Both the position numbers and the translations under genes were made by a program. Under the pieces are notes generated by a model. That model saw only the letters and a program-made list of their open reading frames with translations, was not told where the DNA came from and did not search any database. A stretch of 64,000 bases of DNA from positions 33,583 to 97,582 of the forward strand of contig NTJP01000002.1 in the NCBI GenBank assembly GCA_002457145.1, given 5' to 3'. Shown one piece after another: positions 31,508-41,198 of this stretch (positions are counted from its first letter, which is position 1; each line of letters starts with the position of its first letter). The DNA comes from Marine Group II euryarchaeote MED-G38 (GTDB lineage: Archaea > Thermoplasmatota > Poseidoniia > Poseidoniales > Thalassarchaeaceae).

Positions 31508-32512
31508 TCATTTCCTTTTGGGTGGTTTAGGAAATTTATTTATAATATTCTTAATATCCTCATTAATTTTAGATATTTCTACATCATTCCACCTTTCACC
31601 ACCAAAGTGATCAACTCTAACTGCTATACTAGCCTTACCGGCAATAAATCTGGCTATCTTACCTCTTACCCATTTTGGTGATTTTCCTACCTGTGGTAAT
31701 GAAAATAGTACAGATCCATGCTTAGGAGGTGATGCACCATTTCTATGAGCGGCCATTGCAGCATGGGCTCCGAGTACCTGTAATGATCCTGATGGCATTC
31801 TTGCTAATCGCCCCCTACTGCCTGCTAATACCAATAGTTTAGATGCACCCAAAGGACCTATAAGAGCAGAAAGAGAAGGCATGTATTCTAATGCCATAAT
31901 TCTAATTGAATCTTCTTGTTCTTTCAGCCTTTTTGTCAATATAGATACAGATTCACAATGTCTTTTAAGGGCATTCCATTCAATTTCCGAAGGCTCAAAT
32001 AATGGCTTAATAGTTCCTAACTTATCCGCTACAGAAGTGATAGATTCTGATTCAATAATTGATTCAATAATTTCCTTTCTTCTCGTATCTAAGTTTATTT
32101 CTGTTAAAAAAAGTCCCGCCCATTCAATACATCTGGACTCACTTGTTGTCCAATTAGATCTTATCTCATTTGCAGATGATACTAACATATCTAATCTCTT
32201 ATCCATATCTTCAGAAGATTCAGCAACTTTCAACCTTGCAATTGCTATTACTGCTTCATCAAAGAGTATTTTTTCATCATTATTATATTTAGGCCAATCA
32301 TAATCTTCCAAATGTCCTTCTGGATTAATCTCAACATCTCCAAATCTTTCATACAAAATCCTTGCTTCTGGACTCATCCTGCCTTTTTGTAATGCAATTA
32401 GTCTTCTTACTAAAGTCTGAACAGTCACATTGGAAGTCCAATATATTTCATCAATAACTAAGTCATCATCATCTATTAGTCGTGCCAATCTCCAGTCGTA
32501 GTTGATTCGCAT
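31508..32512 (-). CDS. nop5: C/D box snoRNP protein Nop5 (Nop56/58)
   Basis: C-terminal Nop domain (AHAAMAAHRNGASPPKHGSVLF...KGKIARFIAGKASIAVRVD). Start is moved to the internal Met (MRINYD...) because the first 54 codons of ORF 31508..32674 are hydrophobic and overlap divergent crcB. Confidence 0.8.
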   Translation of the reverse strand: MRINYDWRLARLIDDDDLVIDEIYWTSNVTVQTLVRRLIALQKGRMSPEARILYERFGDVEINPEGHLEDYDWPKYNNDEKILFDEAVIAIARLKVAESSEDMDKRLDMLVSSANEIRSNWTTSESRCIEWAGLFLTEINLDTRRKEIIESIIESESITSVADKLGTIKPLFEPSEIEWNALKRHCESVSILTKRLKEQEDSIRIMALEYMPSLSALIGPLGASKLLVLAGSRGRLARMPSGSLQVLGAHAAMAAHRNGASPPKHGSVLFSLPQVGKSPKWVRGKIARFIAGKASIAVRVDHFGGERWNDVEISKINEDIKNIINKFPKPPKRK

Positions 32513-32600
32513 ACTCCTCCGAGGAGTTATAGCGCTTGAACGGTACGGAAGCATGTATATGGATGGAAGTAATGAATAAGGTATCCTTATTAGACCAATC

Positions 32601-32975
32601 ATGGATATCAGGCTAATTGTGATTGTAGGAATTGGAGGCGCATCAGGAGCAATACTAAGATATATCGCACCCACATTTCTTCCAAATCAATATGGAATCT
32701 CAGATACAATGATTATCAATTTACTAGGTTCTTTATTTATAGGCTTATTATTTGGTGCAATTTCTAATGGTTTAGAAATTACTGAGGAAACAATAATTTT
32801 GATTGGAACAGGTTTTTTGGGAGCATTTACGACTATGTCCACATTTGCAATTGAAACAGTAGATTTAATTCAAGAAAATACATTTAGCGCCATATTATAT
32901 GTTTTCATTACTATTTTTGGGAGTATTTTTCTTGCATGGGTTGGTTATTTTATGGCAACTAGTTTCATCTCATGA
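32601..32975 (+). CDS. crcB: fluoride ion channel CrcB/FluC
   Basis: 124 aa, 4 TM helices, with GGASGAILRY and GFLGAFTTMSTF family motifs. Confidence 0.85.
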   Translation: MDIRLIVIVGIGGASGAILRYIAPTFLPNQYGISDTMIINLLGSLFIGLLFGAISNGLEITEETIILIGTGFLGAFTTMSTFAIETVDLIQENTFSAILYVFITIFGSIFLAWVGYFMATSFIS

Positions 32976-33065
32976 CTATCAAAATAGCACTTTTAATAGA
33001 ATCATTGAATAATAATCCCATAGACGGCAATATGGTTCTAGTAATCTAAAGGAGTTGAGATTCAG

Positions 33066-33452
33066 ATGTTTTGTCCAATATGCGGTTCACTTTCATTTCC
33101 CGATTCAAAAAATAATATCAAGTGCCCGGATTATAAATGCGGTTATGAAGGGCCGTTAGCAGGTCCAGATGGAAAAGGAGGAAAATTCATTGATCCTATG
33201 TCTGGGGAAGAAATAGATCTTACAAATGCAACTGCAAAGAATGCAACCAAATCACTGAAACATTTGACCGAGGTAGTCGAAGAAGAAGTAGCACGAGGGA
33301 CCTTGAGAGTTGGCGATTATATTTGCCCTAATCCAAAGTGTCAAAAAAATAGAGTATATGTATGGATGCAACAAACCAGATCCTCGGATGAACCAGAAAC
33401 TAAAATGTGTACATGCGAAAGCTGCGGTAAAAGATGGCGCGAATATCAATGA
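33066..33452 (+). CDS. tfs: transcription factor S (TFS) / RNA polymerase subunit M-like
   Basis: N-terminal Zn ribbon (CPICGS...CPDYKC). C-terminal TFIIS-type ribbon CPNPKCQKNRVYVWMQQTRSSDEPETKMCTCESCGKRWRE. Confidence 0.85.
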   Translation: MFCPICGSLSFPDSKNNIKCPDYKCGYEGPLAGPDGKGGKFIDPMSGEEIDLTNATAKNATKSLKHLTEVVEEEVARGTLRVGDYICPNPKCQKNRVYVWMQQTRSSDEPETKMCTCESCGKRWREYQ

Positions 33453-33517
33453 TTTTTCTAGCAAAATATTACGAACCATCAATAACCTCCTACTACGACG
33501 TCATGAAGTAAGGTGCG

Positions 33518-34270
33518 ATGATGCTAAGAGTAACTGCTAAACAACAATTGATGCGAGAAATTGTAGAACTTCTTTCAGTTCTAACCGAAGAGGCAAAATT
33601 GGTATGGAGTGAAAAGGGCTTGCATGTTACCGTTGTTGATGGCTCACATGTCGCGCTACTTTCTGCTACAATTGCCGATGAATGTTTTGAAACATATGAA
33701 GTTGAGAAGGTAGAAATAGGTTTAGAATTAGGAAAAATGCGTGATTTATTGACTTTAGCAGGACCAAATGATTTAGTAGAATTAGATTATGACGATTCGT
33801 TTGGAGCAATCAATGTCAGAGTAGGAGAAGTTCATAGAATATTAAGAGGCGTAGATCCAGCAACCATGAACAATCCGAATATACCTAACCTAGAATTCAA
33901 TCATAAAGCAACTGTTGGTTCAGATAGACTTTCCCGTTCTTTAAGAGCTGCTAAGTTTGTCGGCGAAATAGTAGATCTAAGTCTAGATCAGACACACATG
34001 ACTGTTTCAATCACTGTTGAAGCAGGTGAAGGTGTTAATGTCAAATTTGAATCTGGAGAATTAACTGAATTAGTCTGCCCTTCACCGACTCAATCATCAT
34101 ATTCTTTACAGTTTTTAGATCCTCTTACGAGGAAATTAGCAGGAGGACTGACCGAGAACATAACTCTTGAATTTCAAGAAAAATATCCTCTCCGATTGAC
34201 TTGGAACAGCAATCAAGGAGGCGCTAGGTGGACCTATTTCTTGGCCCCTCGAGTGACTAATGACCCGTGA
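33518..34270 (+). CDS. pcn: DNA polymerase sliding clamp PCNA
   Basis: 250 aa with PCNA-like N-terminus and length. Lies adjacent to tfs, as in many archaea. Confidence 0.75.
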   Translation: MMLRVTAKQQLMREIVELLSVLTEEAKLVWSEKGLHVTVVDGSHVALLSATIADECFETYEVEKVEIGLELGKMRDLLTLAGPNDLVELDYDDSFGAINVRVGEVHRILRGVDPATMNNPNIPNLEFNHKATVGSDRLSRSLRAAKFVGEIVDLSLDQTHMTVSITVEAGEGVNVKFESGELTELVCPSPTQSSYSLQFLDPLTRKLAGGLTENITLEFQEKYPLRLTWNSNQGGARWTYFLAPRVTNDP

Positions 34271-34302
34271 ACTCTTGAATGATTACTCTGTGGCCGTAAC
34301 AG

Positions 34303-35385
34303 ATGGATTACACCACCTGCGTAATTATTCCTAGTGTAGGAAATTCTATTGAGCTAGGATTCGCATTAGATAGCCTTCTTGCTCAAGAAAAACCACTGGA
34401 TGAGATAATTGTTGTTGGCCCTACTAATGATTTAGCCCGTCAGGTAGCGCAAGAAAGAAAAATTCGCTATATTGATGATCAAGGAGCGAAGACTCGTGCT
34501 GATGCATGTAATGTTGCCATTAGAGAATCAGATTCCGACATTATCCTATTTACAGATGATGATGTTATCGCCCCTGCCGATTGGTCAAAATTGATTTTGA
34601 GATGGTTTTCTAGGGATGATGTTGCAGGAGTCGGAGGGCCTAATTACGCTCCAGTAAATGAATCTTCATTATGGCAAAAAGTTATTGATGTAACATTTTG
34701 TAGTACTGTTTTTACATCTGGGACAAATTATGGTAGGTCAGGCATTGAAGAATTGGAGGAGGTCGAACAATTGCCAGGAGTAAATAGCGCATATAGACGT
34801 TCTAAAATTGAAGAAATAGGGGGTTTTGATGAAGGATCAATAGGGGCCGAAGATGTCATCCTAGATTATAGAATAAGAAAAAATGGTAATAAACTATGGT
34901 CTGATAAATCAGCAATAATGTGGCACCGAAGGAGAAATATAACAAAAGTAAAGAAACAGATTAGAAATTATGGGCTTGTAAGAGCATTAGCAAGTTATCA
35001 ATACCCCGAACTTCGTAAACCTTCCCATACTGCTGTGGCATTTTTTCCTTTACTTGTCTTTTCATGCTTATTATTTTCTATTTGGGGTATTCTCAATGGA
35101 GGAGTAGCTTGGCCAGAATTTTGGGACATCCGCCTCTCAACAGTTCCAATGGGCCTCCCTAGAGTTGGTGTACATTTATTTATTACATTAATTATTTTGT
35201 ACAATCTCATCTCTTGGTTTGGTTCTTGGAAGGGAAAATCTCCTAGTAAATCACTGATAACAATATTCCTGTCTCCCATTGTAACCTTTATTCTTCATTG
35301 GAATTATGGCATTGGAATATTGACAGGTTGGTTAAGGATTTCAAGAGGAAATACAGGGTTACAGGTTGATGACAAAACACGTTAA
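34303..35385 (+). CDS. family 2 glycosyltransferase with C-terminal transmembrane region
   Basis: GT-A fold: CVIIPSVGNS, then a DxD-type FTDDDVIAPADW motif. Four C-terminal hydrophobic helices. Confidence 0.75.
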   Translation: MDYTTCVIIPSVGNSIELGFALDSLLAQEKPLDEIIVVGPTNDLARQVAQERKIRYIDDQGAKTRADACNVAIRESDSDIILFTDDDVIAPADWSKLILRWFSRDDVAGVGGPNYAPVNESSLWQKVIDVTFCSTVFTSGTNYGRSGIEELEEVEQLPGVNSAYRRSKIEEIGGFDEGSIGAEDVILDYRIRKNGNKLWSDKSAIMWHRRRNITKVKKQIRNYGLVRALASYQYPELRKPSHTAVAFFPLLVFSCLLFSIWGILNGGVAWPEFWDIRLSTVPMGLPRVGVHLFITLIILYNLISWFGSWKGKSPSKSLITIFLSPIVTFILHWNYGIGILTGWLRISRGNTGLQVDDKTR

Positions 35386-35390
35386 TTATT

Positions 35391-36083
35391 CTATTTCGTA
35401 TTCAATACGTCCTCAATCATCCATGTTTTAGTAGGTGGTCGCCAAAAAATTATAGTTGAAAAACCAAAAAACAAACCGCCAAATAATAGATTTAACCATC
35501 CTTCATAAATATAATTAGAACTAGCATTAAAATAAGCCCAAATAAACGAAGGTATTATTCCTACCAAAATACAAATTAATATCTCTTCAGTAAAAATTTG
35601 TGTTTTATTCGATGATGATGGTAAAATGTTAATTTGTTGTTTAGTACTAATTTTTTTCTTATTCCTAACCAGCCTGTGATATTCTACTTCATCATTTTCT
35701 TTTTCAATTTGAATAATATTATTCTTTCCTGATTTCCATTCACAACCAAGTCTAAAAATCCAGTCGTCGGATATAAATGGACTTCCATCACATATTTTTC
35801 CCCAATAAGAATTATTAATCCTATCAGAAAATTCTTCAATTTCATTGTTTCCAAAGATTTTATTTTGATTTAACGCCAAGAACCATTCAGATTCCGAAGC
35901 AATTTCACAACCTTCCAAAAGTAATTTTTCACAAATTTCCTTTTTTAATGGATATTTACATATTTCAAATTGGTAATCTATCTTGACTTCATGCCGGGGT
36001 CCAATGCCTCCGAAAAGAATCGTTCTATTATTCGTTCCTAGTAATATTCTACCGGGATTTATTATTTCCCATTCAACATTCAA
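35391..36083 (-). CDS. hypothetical protein with C-terminal membrane anchor
   Basis: 230 aa. Two hydrophobic helices near the C-terminus. No motif recognised. Confidence 0.4.
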   Translation of the reverse strand: MNVEWEIINPGRILLGTNNRTILFGGIGPRHEVKIDYQFEICKYPLKKEICEKLLLEGCEIASESEWFLALNQNKIFGNNEIEEFSDRINNSYWGKICDGSPFISDDWIFRLGCEWKSGKNNIIQIEKENDEVEYHRLVRNKKKISTKQQINILPSSSNKTQIFTEEILICILVGIIPSFIWAYFNASSNYIYEGWLNLLFGGLFFGFSTIIFWRPPTKTWMIEDVLNTK

Positions 36084-36094
36084 TCATATCCCTC

Positions 36095-37984
36095 CTAGGA
36101 ATCAATTTCTCCAGTTTGGATTAGCCATTGCGAAGCATAAACATTGTTATTTTCTATTAATTGATCATGTTCTCCGCGTTCTACGATGGCCCCGTCCACT
36201 AATGCAATTATTTCATCTGAGTTTCTTATTGTTGCCAGTCTATGAGCAACTGCAATGGTAATTCTTTTCTTGTCCGTATTGGGACCTCCAAATAGTGACT
36301 GTTGAATTCTTTTTTCAGTTTCAGCATCCAAAGCAGCACTTGCTTCATCAAGAATTAGTAAATCTGGATTATTAAGTAGGGCACGAGCAAGACTAATGCG
36401 TGCTCTTTGACCTCCTGACAACATCACCCCACGATCTCCTACCATTGTATCAATTCCATCTGGAAGTTTGGATATGAAATCCCATGCTCCTGCGGTTTCT
36501 AATGCAGATTTTATTTCATCATCATTCGCATCTCTTGCATACGATATATTTTCACGTAATGTGCCAAAGAAAAGGAATGGTTCTTGTGAGACAAATCCTA
36601 TTCTTTCTCTAATTGATTTAATTGAATAATCATTAATATTTATTCCATTGATGAGAATTTCACCGCTTTGGGGCTCATAAAATCTTTCTATTAGTTTCAA
36701 TATAGTACTTTTTCCTGCACCCGTATGCCCCATAACTCCAATAAAGTCACCAGAATTCGCTTTAAATGAAATTCCATTTAATACATTTGCTTCTGAAGTA
36801 GGGTATGAAAAAGATACATTCTCGAAGGAAATTGATGTTATCGAACCATCTAATTTTTTAGCTTCTTTTTTGTCATAAATTGAAGGTTCTAAATCAACGA
36901 TTGCAAATACTCTTTTTGATGCAGCTTCTCCTTTTTGTAATTGATTTAATAATAATCCAAGTATGAACATAGGCATTGTCATTCTAGTTGAGATTAAAAG
37001 AAAAGTAACAAACTGCCCTACTGTTATTTCTCCGGAAGCCATCACCCAACCTCCGGCTGAAACAAGTAAACCAAAAGATAAACCAGCAACTACGTATATT
37101 CCGGGTATAAATCTATTTCTTACAAATGCTGCATCTATGGACTGGTCACGATAATCGCCACTTTGCCTGCCTATTCTTGAACTTTCAAAATTAGTTGCGT
37201 TGTAGGCTTGAACAACTGTAATTCCAGATAATACATTTTCCAATATCGCCACAATTCCTCCGGTACTTTCTCTAGTTTTCCTATATTTTCGCTGAACTCT
37301 TGTTGAAAACCAAATTACCATGGGGACTATCAAGGTCAAGGGTGCAAATAAAATCAGGGCTAATGTTGGGGACATCCAAAACATTATCCCAAAAGCCGTT
37401 GCAAAAGTCATTATTAATCTGATAATACTTGTGCTCGCATCTGATATTATATCTTCTAATTGTGCAACATCTGCGGAAAGAACTGACATCAAATTACCAG
37501 TTTGTCTTGTTTCAAAATAAGAAGCTTCCATATTCATAAGTGAATTTGTTGCATCCATTCTTATGTCATGTTGTGCCATATATGCAGTTGACTGCCACAA
37601 TTGATTACTGAGGCCCTGAAAAAGTGCCAAAAATGTAAAACAAATAACAATTACAAATCCAAATCCAAACTCTATTGAGGACATTGGTCCAAACCCAGGA
37701 AAAATTTCTGAAGAAACGAATTCTTTGATAATATTATTTGTAAATGTACCATCTCTATAATAGTCAGCGGCCATCCCTATCGCTATAAATGGTATTAAAT
37801 CAAAAGCTCTAGCTATTCCATTAGTAAAAATTCCTCCAAAAACCCTTTTCCAATATTTTCCAAGATATGGAACGATTCTCCATATTTTACGACCTACTAC
37901 TTGTTTTTTATCATCGGAATCAGTCTGATCTTTACTTATTTCACTCCCGCTGAATCGAAAGTCGTCACCATCGTCGTCTGACAT
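36095..37984 (-). CDS. ABC exporter, fused permease / ATP-binding protein (MsbA-like)
   Basis: 6-TM N-terminal domain. Walker A GHTGAGKST, ABC signature LSGGQRARISLARAL, Walker B LLILDEASAALD. Confidence 0.9.
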   Translation of the reverse strand: MSDDDGDDFRFSGSEISKDQTDSDDKKQVVGRKIWRIVPYLGKYWKRVFGGIFTNGIARAFDLIPFIAIGMAADYYRDGTFTNNIIKEFVSSEIFPGFGPMSSIEFGFGFVIVICFTFLALFQGLSNQLWQSTAYMAQHDIRMDATNSLMNMEASYFETRQTGNLMSVLSADVAQLEDIISDASTSIIRLIMTFATAFGIMFWMSPTLALILFAPLTLIVPMVIWFSTRVQRKYRKTRESTGGIVAILENVLSGITVVQAYNATNFESSRIGRQSGDYRDQSIDAAFVRNRFIPGIYVVAGLSFGLLVSAGGWVMASGEITVGQFVTFLLISTRMTMPMFILGLLLNQLQKGEAASKRVFAIVDLEPSIYDKKEAKKLDGSITSISFENVSFSYPTSEANVLNGISFKANSGDFIGVMGHTGAGKSTILKLIERFYEPQSGEILINGININDYSIKSIRERIGFVSQEPFLFFGTLRENISYARDANDDEIKSALETAGAWDFISKLPDGIDTMVGDRGVMLSGGQRARISLARALLNNPDLLILDEASAALDAETEKRIQQSLFGGPNTDKKRITIAVAHRLATIRNSDEIIALVDGAIVERGEHDQLIENNNVYASQWLIQTGEIDS

Positions 37985-38038
37985 AACCTATCGGAGGGAC
38001 AAGGGTGTTTCAATATGGTAGTAAATATGAACTCAAAT

Positions 38039-38113
38039 TGGTGCGCCCGCTGGGATTTGAACCCAGGACATGAGGTTGGAAACCTCAGGTGATAACCCCT
38101 TCACCACAGGCGC
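38039..38113 (-). tRNA. tRNA-Gly (anticodon UCC), CCA encoded
   Basis: Manual fold of the reverse complement: acceptor GCGCCTG/CGGGCGC, D-stem GTGA/TCAC, anticodon stem TGAGG/CCTCA with loop TTTCCAA, T-loop TTCAAAT, discriminator A followed by CCA. Confidence 0.85.
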
Positions 38114-38192
38114 GTAATTATTGCGGAGACATGACCTTTCAAAACTAATTCGGTCACATTTATTCAAATGCTAGATACATCTCGCAACTATT

Positions 38193-38405
38193 ATGATGAT
38201 TAGACAAAGGTTTGGAATTTTATTGATGATTATATTCCTCCCCATTAATGGTCCCTTACTTAGGATGTCTTTAAACGCGTTTAATTTATCACTTCCTTTT
38301 GGAGAATTTTCGTTTTTCACCCTTTGTATAATTATGTTTATGGTAGGTGGAATAATGACATTTACTCCAAAATTAAAGTTTGAATCTATGAGTAAATCAC
38401 CTTAG
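38193..38405 (+). CDS. small hydrophobic hypothetical protein
   Basis: 70 aa, two hydrophobic segments, sits in the tRNA-tatD intergenic region. Weak support. Confidence 0.2.
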   Translation: MMIRQRFGILLMIIFLPINGPLLRMSLNAFNLSLPFGEFSFFTLCIIMFMVGGIMTFTPKLKFESMSKSP

Positions 38406-39264
38406 GCCATCTCGAATGAATATTCTCCATTAATTCTATTATTTGATTATCTGAATAATCTAATTCCCACATTTTTTTACATAAATGTTGTGTTCTTTTA
38501 GGGACGGTTTTGGGTCCAAGAACAGCGCCTGGTCTTTTCACATCATCTAAGAAATCTGTTTCCATCCCCCAAATCGATTCCGACTCTTTCATTGTGTCAA
38601 TTATTCTCTCTATACTCCCTTTTCCAACACTAATTGTTGAACTTATTCCACATGTAAATTCTGAATTCAAATCTGGAGGAGCGAAATGTCTAATCGTTTT
38701 TTCTTTGGGCATCCCTGTCATTTCACATAATTTTGATATATCCGCATAAGTTTCTTTACCATTATCTTCAACATGTAATTGTATACTGACTTTTTCTTTT
38801 GCTGTAATTTTCATAATCTCCAGTAATAATTGATTTGCATTTTCCCAAGTTTTCTTGTTTACTTGATAATGAGGCCTACCAACTTCTCCAAGACAAACTG
38901 CATGCCCATCGGAAATGAATTCTAATGCCAACTCAACTGCCTCTAAATGTAATTTTGTAGAATTTACATCTCCTAATGTTTTTATTTGTTTTTCCCAAGA
39001 TACAGGATGAGGCCCTAATATTACTGAAACATCAATATCAAAGCTATTTCTTATCTCATTCGCCATTTCTACAGTATCTTGGTACAAAATTCGATATTCG
39101 CTAATTTTTCTTGGAAGATTATTAAAATCAGGTTTATGGACTAAATTTATCGCAGTTCCTCCTACTTTAACAAATTCTTCTATAGCTTTCAGGTATAAGT
39201 TTCTTCTGTCTAAATGGATATGCTGATCCATTATAGGGCCATACCAAAATCCATCTTCTAACAT
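38386..39264 (-). CDS. TatD-family metal-dependent hydrolase
   Basis: MDQHIHLD (cf. HxH), CLGEVGRPHY (cf. GEIGLD), SIQLHVED. TIM-barrel amidohydrolase pattern. Confidence 0.65.
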   Translation of the reverse strand: MLEDGFWYGPIMDQHIHLDRRNLYLKAIEEFVKVGGTAINLVHKPDFNNLPRKISEYRILYQDTVEMANEIRNSFDIDVSVILGPHPVSWEKQIKTLGDVNSTKLHLEAVELALEFISDGHAVCLGEVGRPHYQVNKKTWENANQLLLEIMKITAKEKVSIQLHVEDNGKETYADISKLCEMTGMPKEKTIRHFAPPDLNSEFTCGISSTISVGKGSIERIIDTMKESESIWGMETDFLDDVKRPGAVLGPKTVPKRTQHLCKKMWELDYSDNQIIELMENIHSRWPKVIYS

Positions 39265-39269
39265 TTTTC

Positions 39270-39809
39270 TCAGGCCAGTGCTCCTTCTTCTTCAAGCAAA
39301 TTTTTCCAATAACTGATGGCCATATCAATCACTCTCTTTGATTTTTGCCCTAAAACTATTCCTTTACCATTATTGAATAAAATTATTCTACACTCATGTC
39401 TTTTAGCATCTATTCTTATTGCACCAATCCTTTCGTCTAAAGTTACGTCGTTAAATCTTTCATTTGCCAAATCAAGTAAAACTGCTTTACCCAATGAAAA
39501 CTCTCCTAATATTTCTCCAGTCTCTGATTTAAGTCCCTCATCAGACATTCCAATACTGAGGAGAAATTTCTGTGTAACTAATTTAGCAACTGCCTGTCTT
39601 GAGATGTTGTGTACAATAATGGAACCTAACTTATCTATAATTATAGTTGATTTTGGGTCTTCATTAGAAATTAATGAATATTCTCCTTCTTTCATCCCTC
39701 CTGGTAAATTCAAGACATCTTCGTGCATAACAGGTTTAGAAGGAGTGAATTTAAATGTTTGAGTTTTAATTTTCAAAAAATTTGGTTCGGAATTCATATT
39801 CTCACTCAA
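39270..39809 (-). CDS. TATA-box-binding protein (TBP)-like, divergent
   Basis: The second repeat aligns with the TBP C-repeat: CRIILFNNGKGIVLGQKSKRVIDMAISYWKNLLEEEG versus [30 protein letters not shown]..EEEE. The first repeat is partially recognisable (EGEYSLISNEDPKSTIIIDKLGSIIVHNIS). The N-terminal ~45 aa are unlike TBP. Confidence 0.45.
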   Translation of the reverse strand: MSENMNSEPNFLKIKTQTFKFTPSKPVMHEDVLNLPGGMKEGEYSLISNEDPKSTIIIDKLGSIIVHNISRQAVAKLVTQKFLLSIGMSDEGLKSETGEILGEFSLGKAVLLDLANERFNDVTLDERIGAIRIDAKRHECRIILFNNGKGIVLGQKSKRVIDMAISYWKNLLEEEGALA

Positions 39810-40590
39810 TTTCCATTATTTCTATCTTACTACAGTTAATTATCGCGTCATAAAGTTGTTCAAGGTATGCTTGGTGGACTGGTACCAATAATATAACGTC
39901 CGAACTACCGCTTTCATCAAGTCTTCTATTTCTTAAATCGTTTAATGCACCTTTTATCCGGGCCGCATAACGTTCATCACGCTCTTTGATTAGATCTTCA
40001 GTCAGTACTCTTTGTTCCTCAATCCACCAAGATGCACACGAGGCGGCTGCAGCTCCTATCTCGGAGTTTATTTTCTCAGATACTTCAACCATTTTTGAAG
40101 CTCTTAATCGATTTTTAGAATATCTTTTACTCTTATTAAGGACTTTAAGTAGATTGATTATTTTGACCTGATTATCTGCACATTTAGAATACCATTCTTC
40201 CCACTTCATATCAGTAATTTCAGGTATTATTGTATAAACAGGTTTTTTTCCTGAGTTTTCAGCATGTCTGAGTAATCTAATTGGTTCTGGATCCGGTATG
40301 CTTGGGCCATTAACTTCTAAGGTTTGTATATCTCTTAGCAAGAGCCCCATTGTTCCTCCTGATGCTAATACTGCTTGTACATTTATTCCTGGACTTTTAA
40401 CTTCATCTTTTTCCTCTTCCTTAAGTATTGCAATATCATCTCTAGAATATAAAAGCGCTAAACCATCCCATTTTCTTATTCTAAGATTATTTGGCATAAG
40501 GATACATGGAAGATGAGGCCAAATAACTATTTTTCCTCCATTCGGATCCTCATAAGTGAGACACTCCCATTTTAATCTTGGTACCTCCAT
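39802..40590 (-). CDS. hypothetical protein
   Basis: 262 aa, first gene of a same-strand run with the TBP-like gene and tatD. No motif recognised. Confidence 0.4.
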   Translation of the reverse strand: MEVPRLKWECLTYEDPNGGKIVIWPHLPCILMPNNLRIRKWDGLALLYSRDDIAILKEEEKDEVKSPGINVQAVLASGGTMGLLLRDIQTLEVNGPSIPDPEPIRLLRHAENSGKKPVYTIIPEITDMKWEEWYSKCADNQVKIINLLKVLNKSKRYSKNRLRASKMVEVSEKINSEIGAAAASCASWWIEEQRVLTEDLIKERDERYAARIKGALNDLRNRRLDESGSSDVILLVPVHQAYLEQLYDAIINCSKIEIMEIE

Positions 40591-40701
40591 GGAGCTGCGA
40601 GGCGCTATCCCGAATCAATCATACCCCTGAAAACCATCAGATTTAATTAAATTTGATGTAGCATTCAAGGATGATGACGTATCATGGGGGTTCGATAGAC
40701 C

Positions 40702-41151
40702 ATGAATCACCCTCACTCTTTGGAGCCCGTCGTACTTTTGAATGAAGTTTTCCCTGGACATACTAATGCATTAAATACACTATTTGGAGGGCATCTGATG
40801 AGCATAATGGATACTAGCGCAGGAATGGTTGCTTCAAAGTTTGCCCATCGTGAATTTGTAACTATTTCTGTTGATGCACTCAAATTCCGTAAACCTGCTT
40901 TCCAAGGAGATATTATCAGAACAACTGCAAAAGTTGTTTGGACATCGCCTAGGACAGCAGGAATACATGTCACTTCTTGTAGAATGTCCAGATCAGAATG
41001 GCAAGGGGAGGAAATATGTTCAGGCTTTTTCTTCATGGTTGCTATTGATGAATCTATGAATGCAATAGAGATACCTCAATTTGAGCCTAATACGGATGAG
41101 GAAAAAGAATTATGGAATCAAGCTAAATCTGCTAGAGAAGCGATGAAATAA
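40702..41151 (+). CDS. acyl-CoA thioesterase (hotdog fold)
   Basis: LFGGHLMSIMDTSAGMVA and VTISVDALKFRKPAFQGDII blocks, typical of the YciA/BFIT thioesterase family. Confidence 0.8.
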   Translation: MNHPHSLEPVVLLNEVFPGHTNALNTLFGGHLMSIMDTSAGMVASKFAHREFVTISVDALKFRKPAFQGDIIRTTAKVVWTSPRTAGIHVTSCRMSRSEWQGEEICSGFFFMVAIDESMNAIEIPQFEPNTDEEKELWNQAKSAREAMK

Positions 41152-41198
41152 GTCATTATGACCATTCACTTGAACAAGTTAAACGTCACCCCGTTCTT

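Noticed and set aside
32513-32674. N-terminal 54 codons of ORF 31508..32674 (nop5) overlapping crcB divergently
   Set aside because: That segment is hydrophobic, unlike a Nop5 N-terminus, and is the antisense of the crcB 5' end. The internal Met at 32512 gives a normal-length Nop5.
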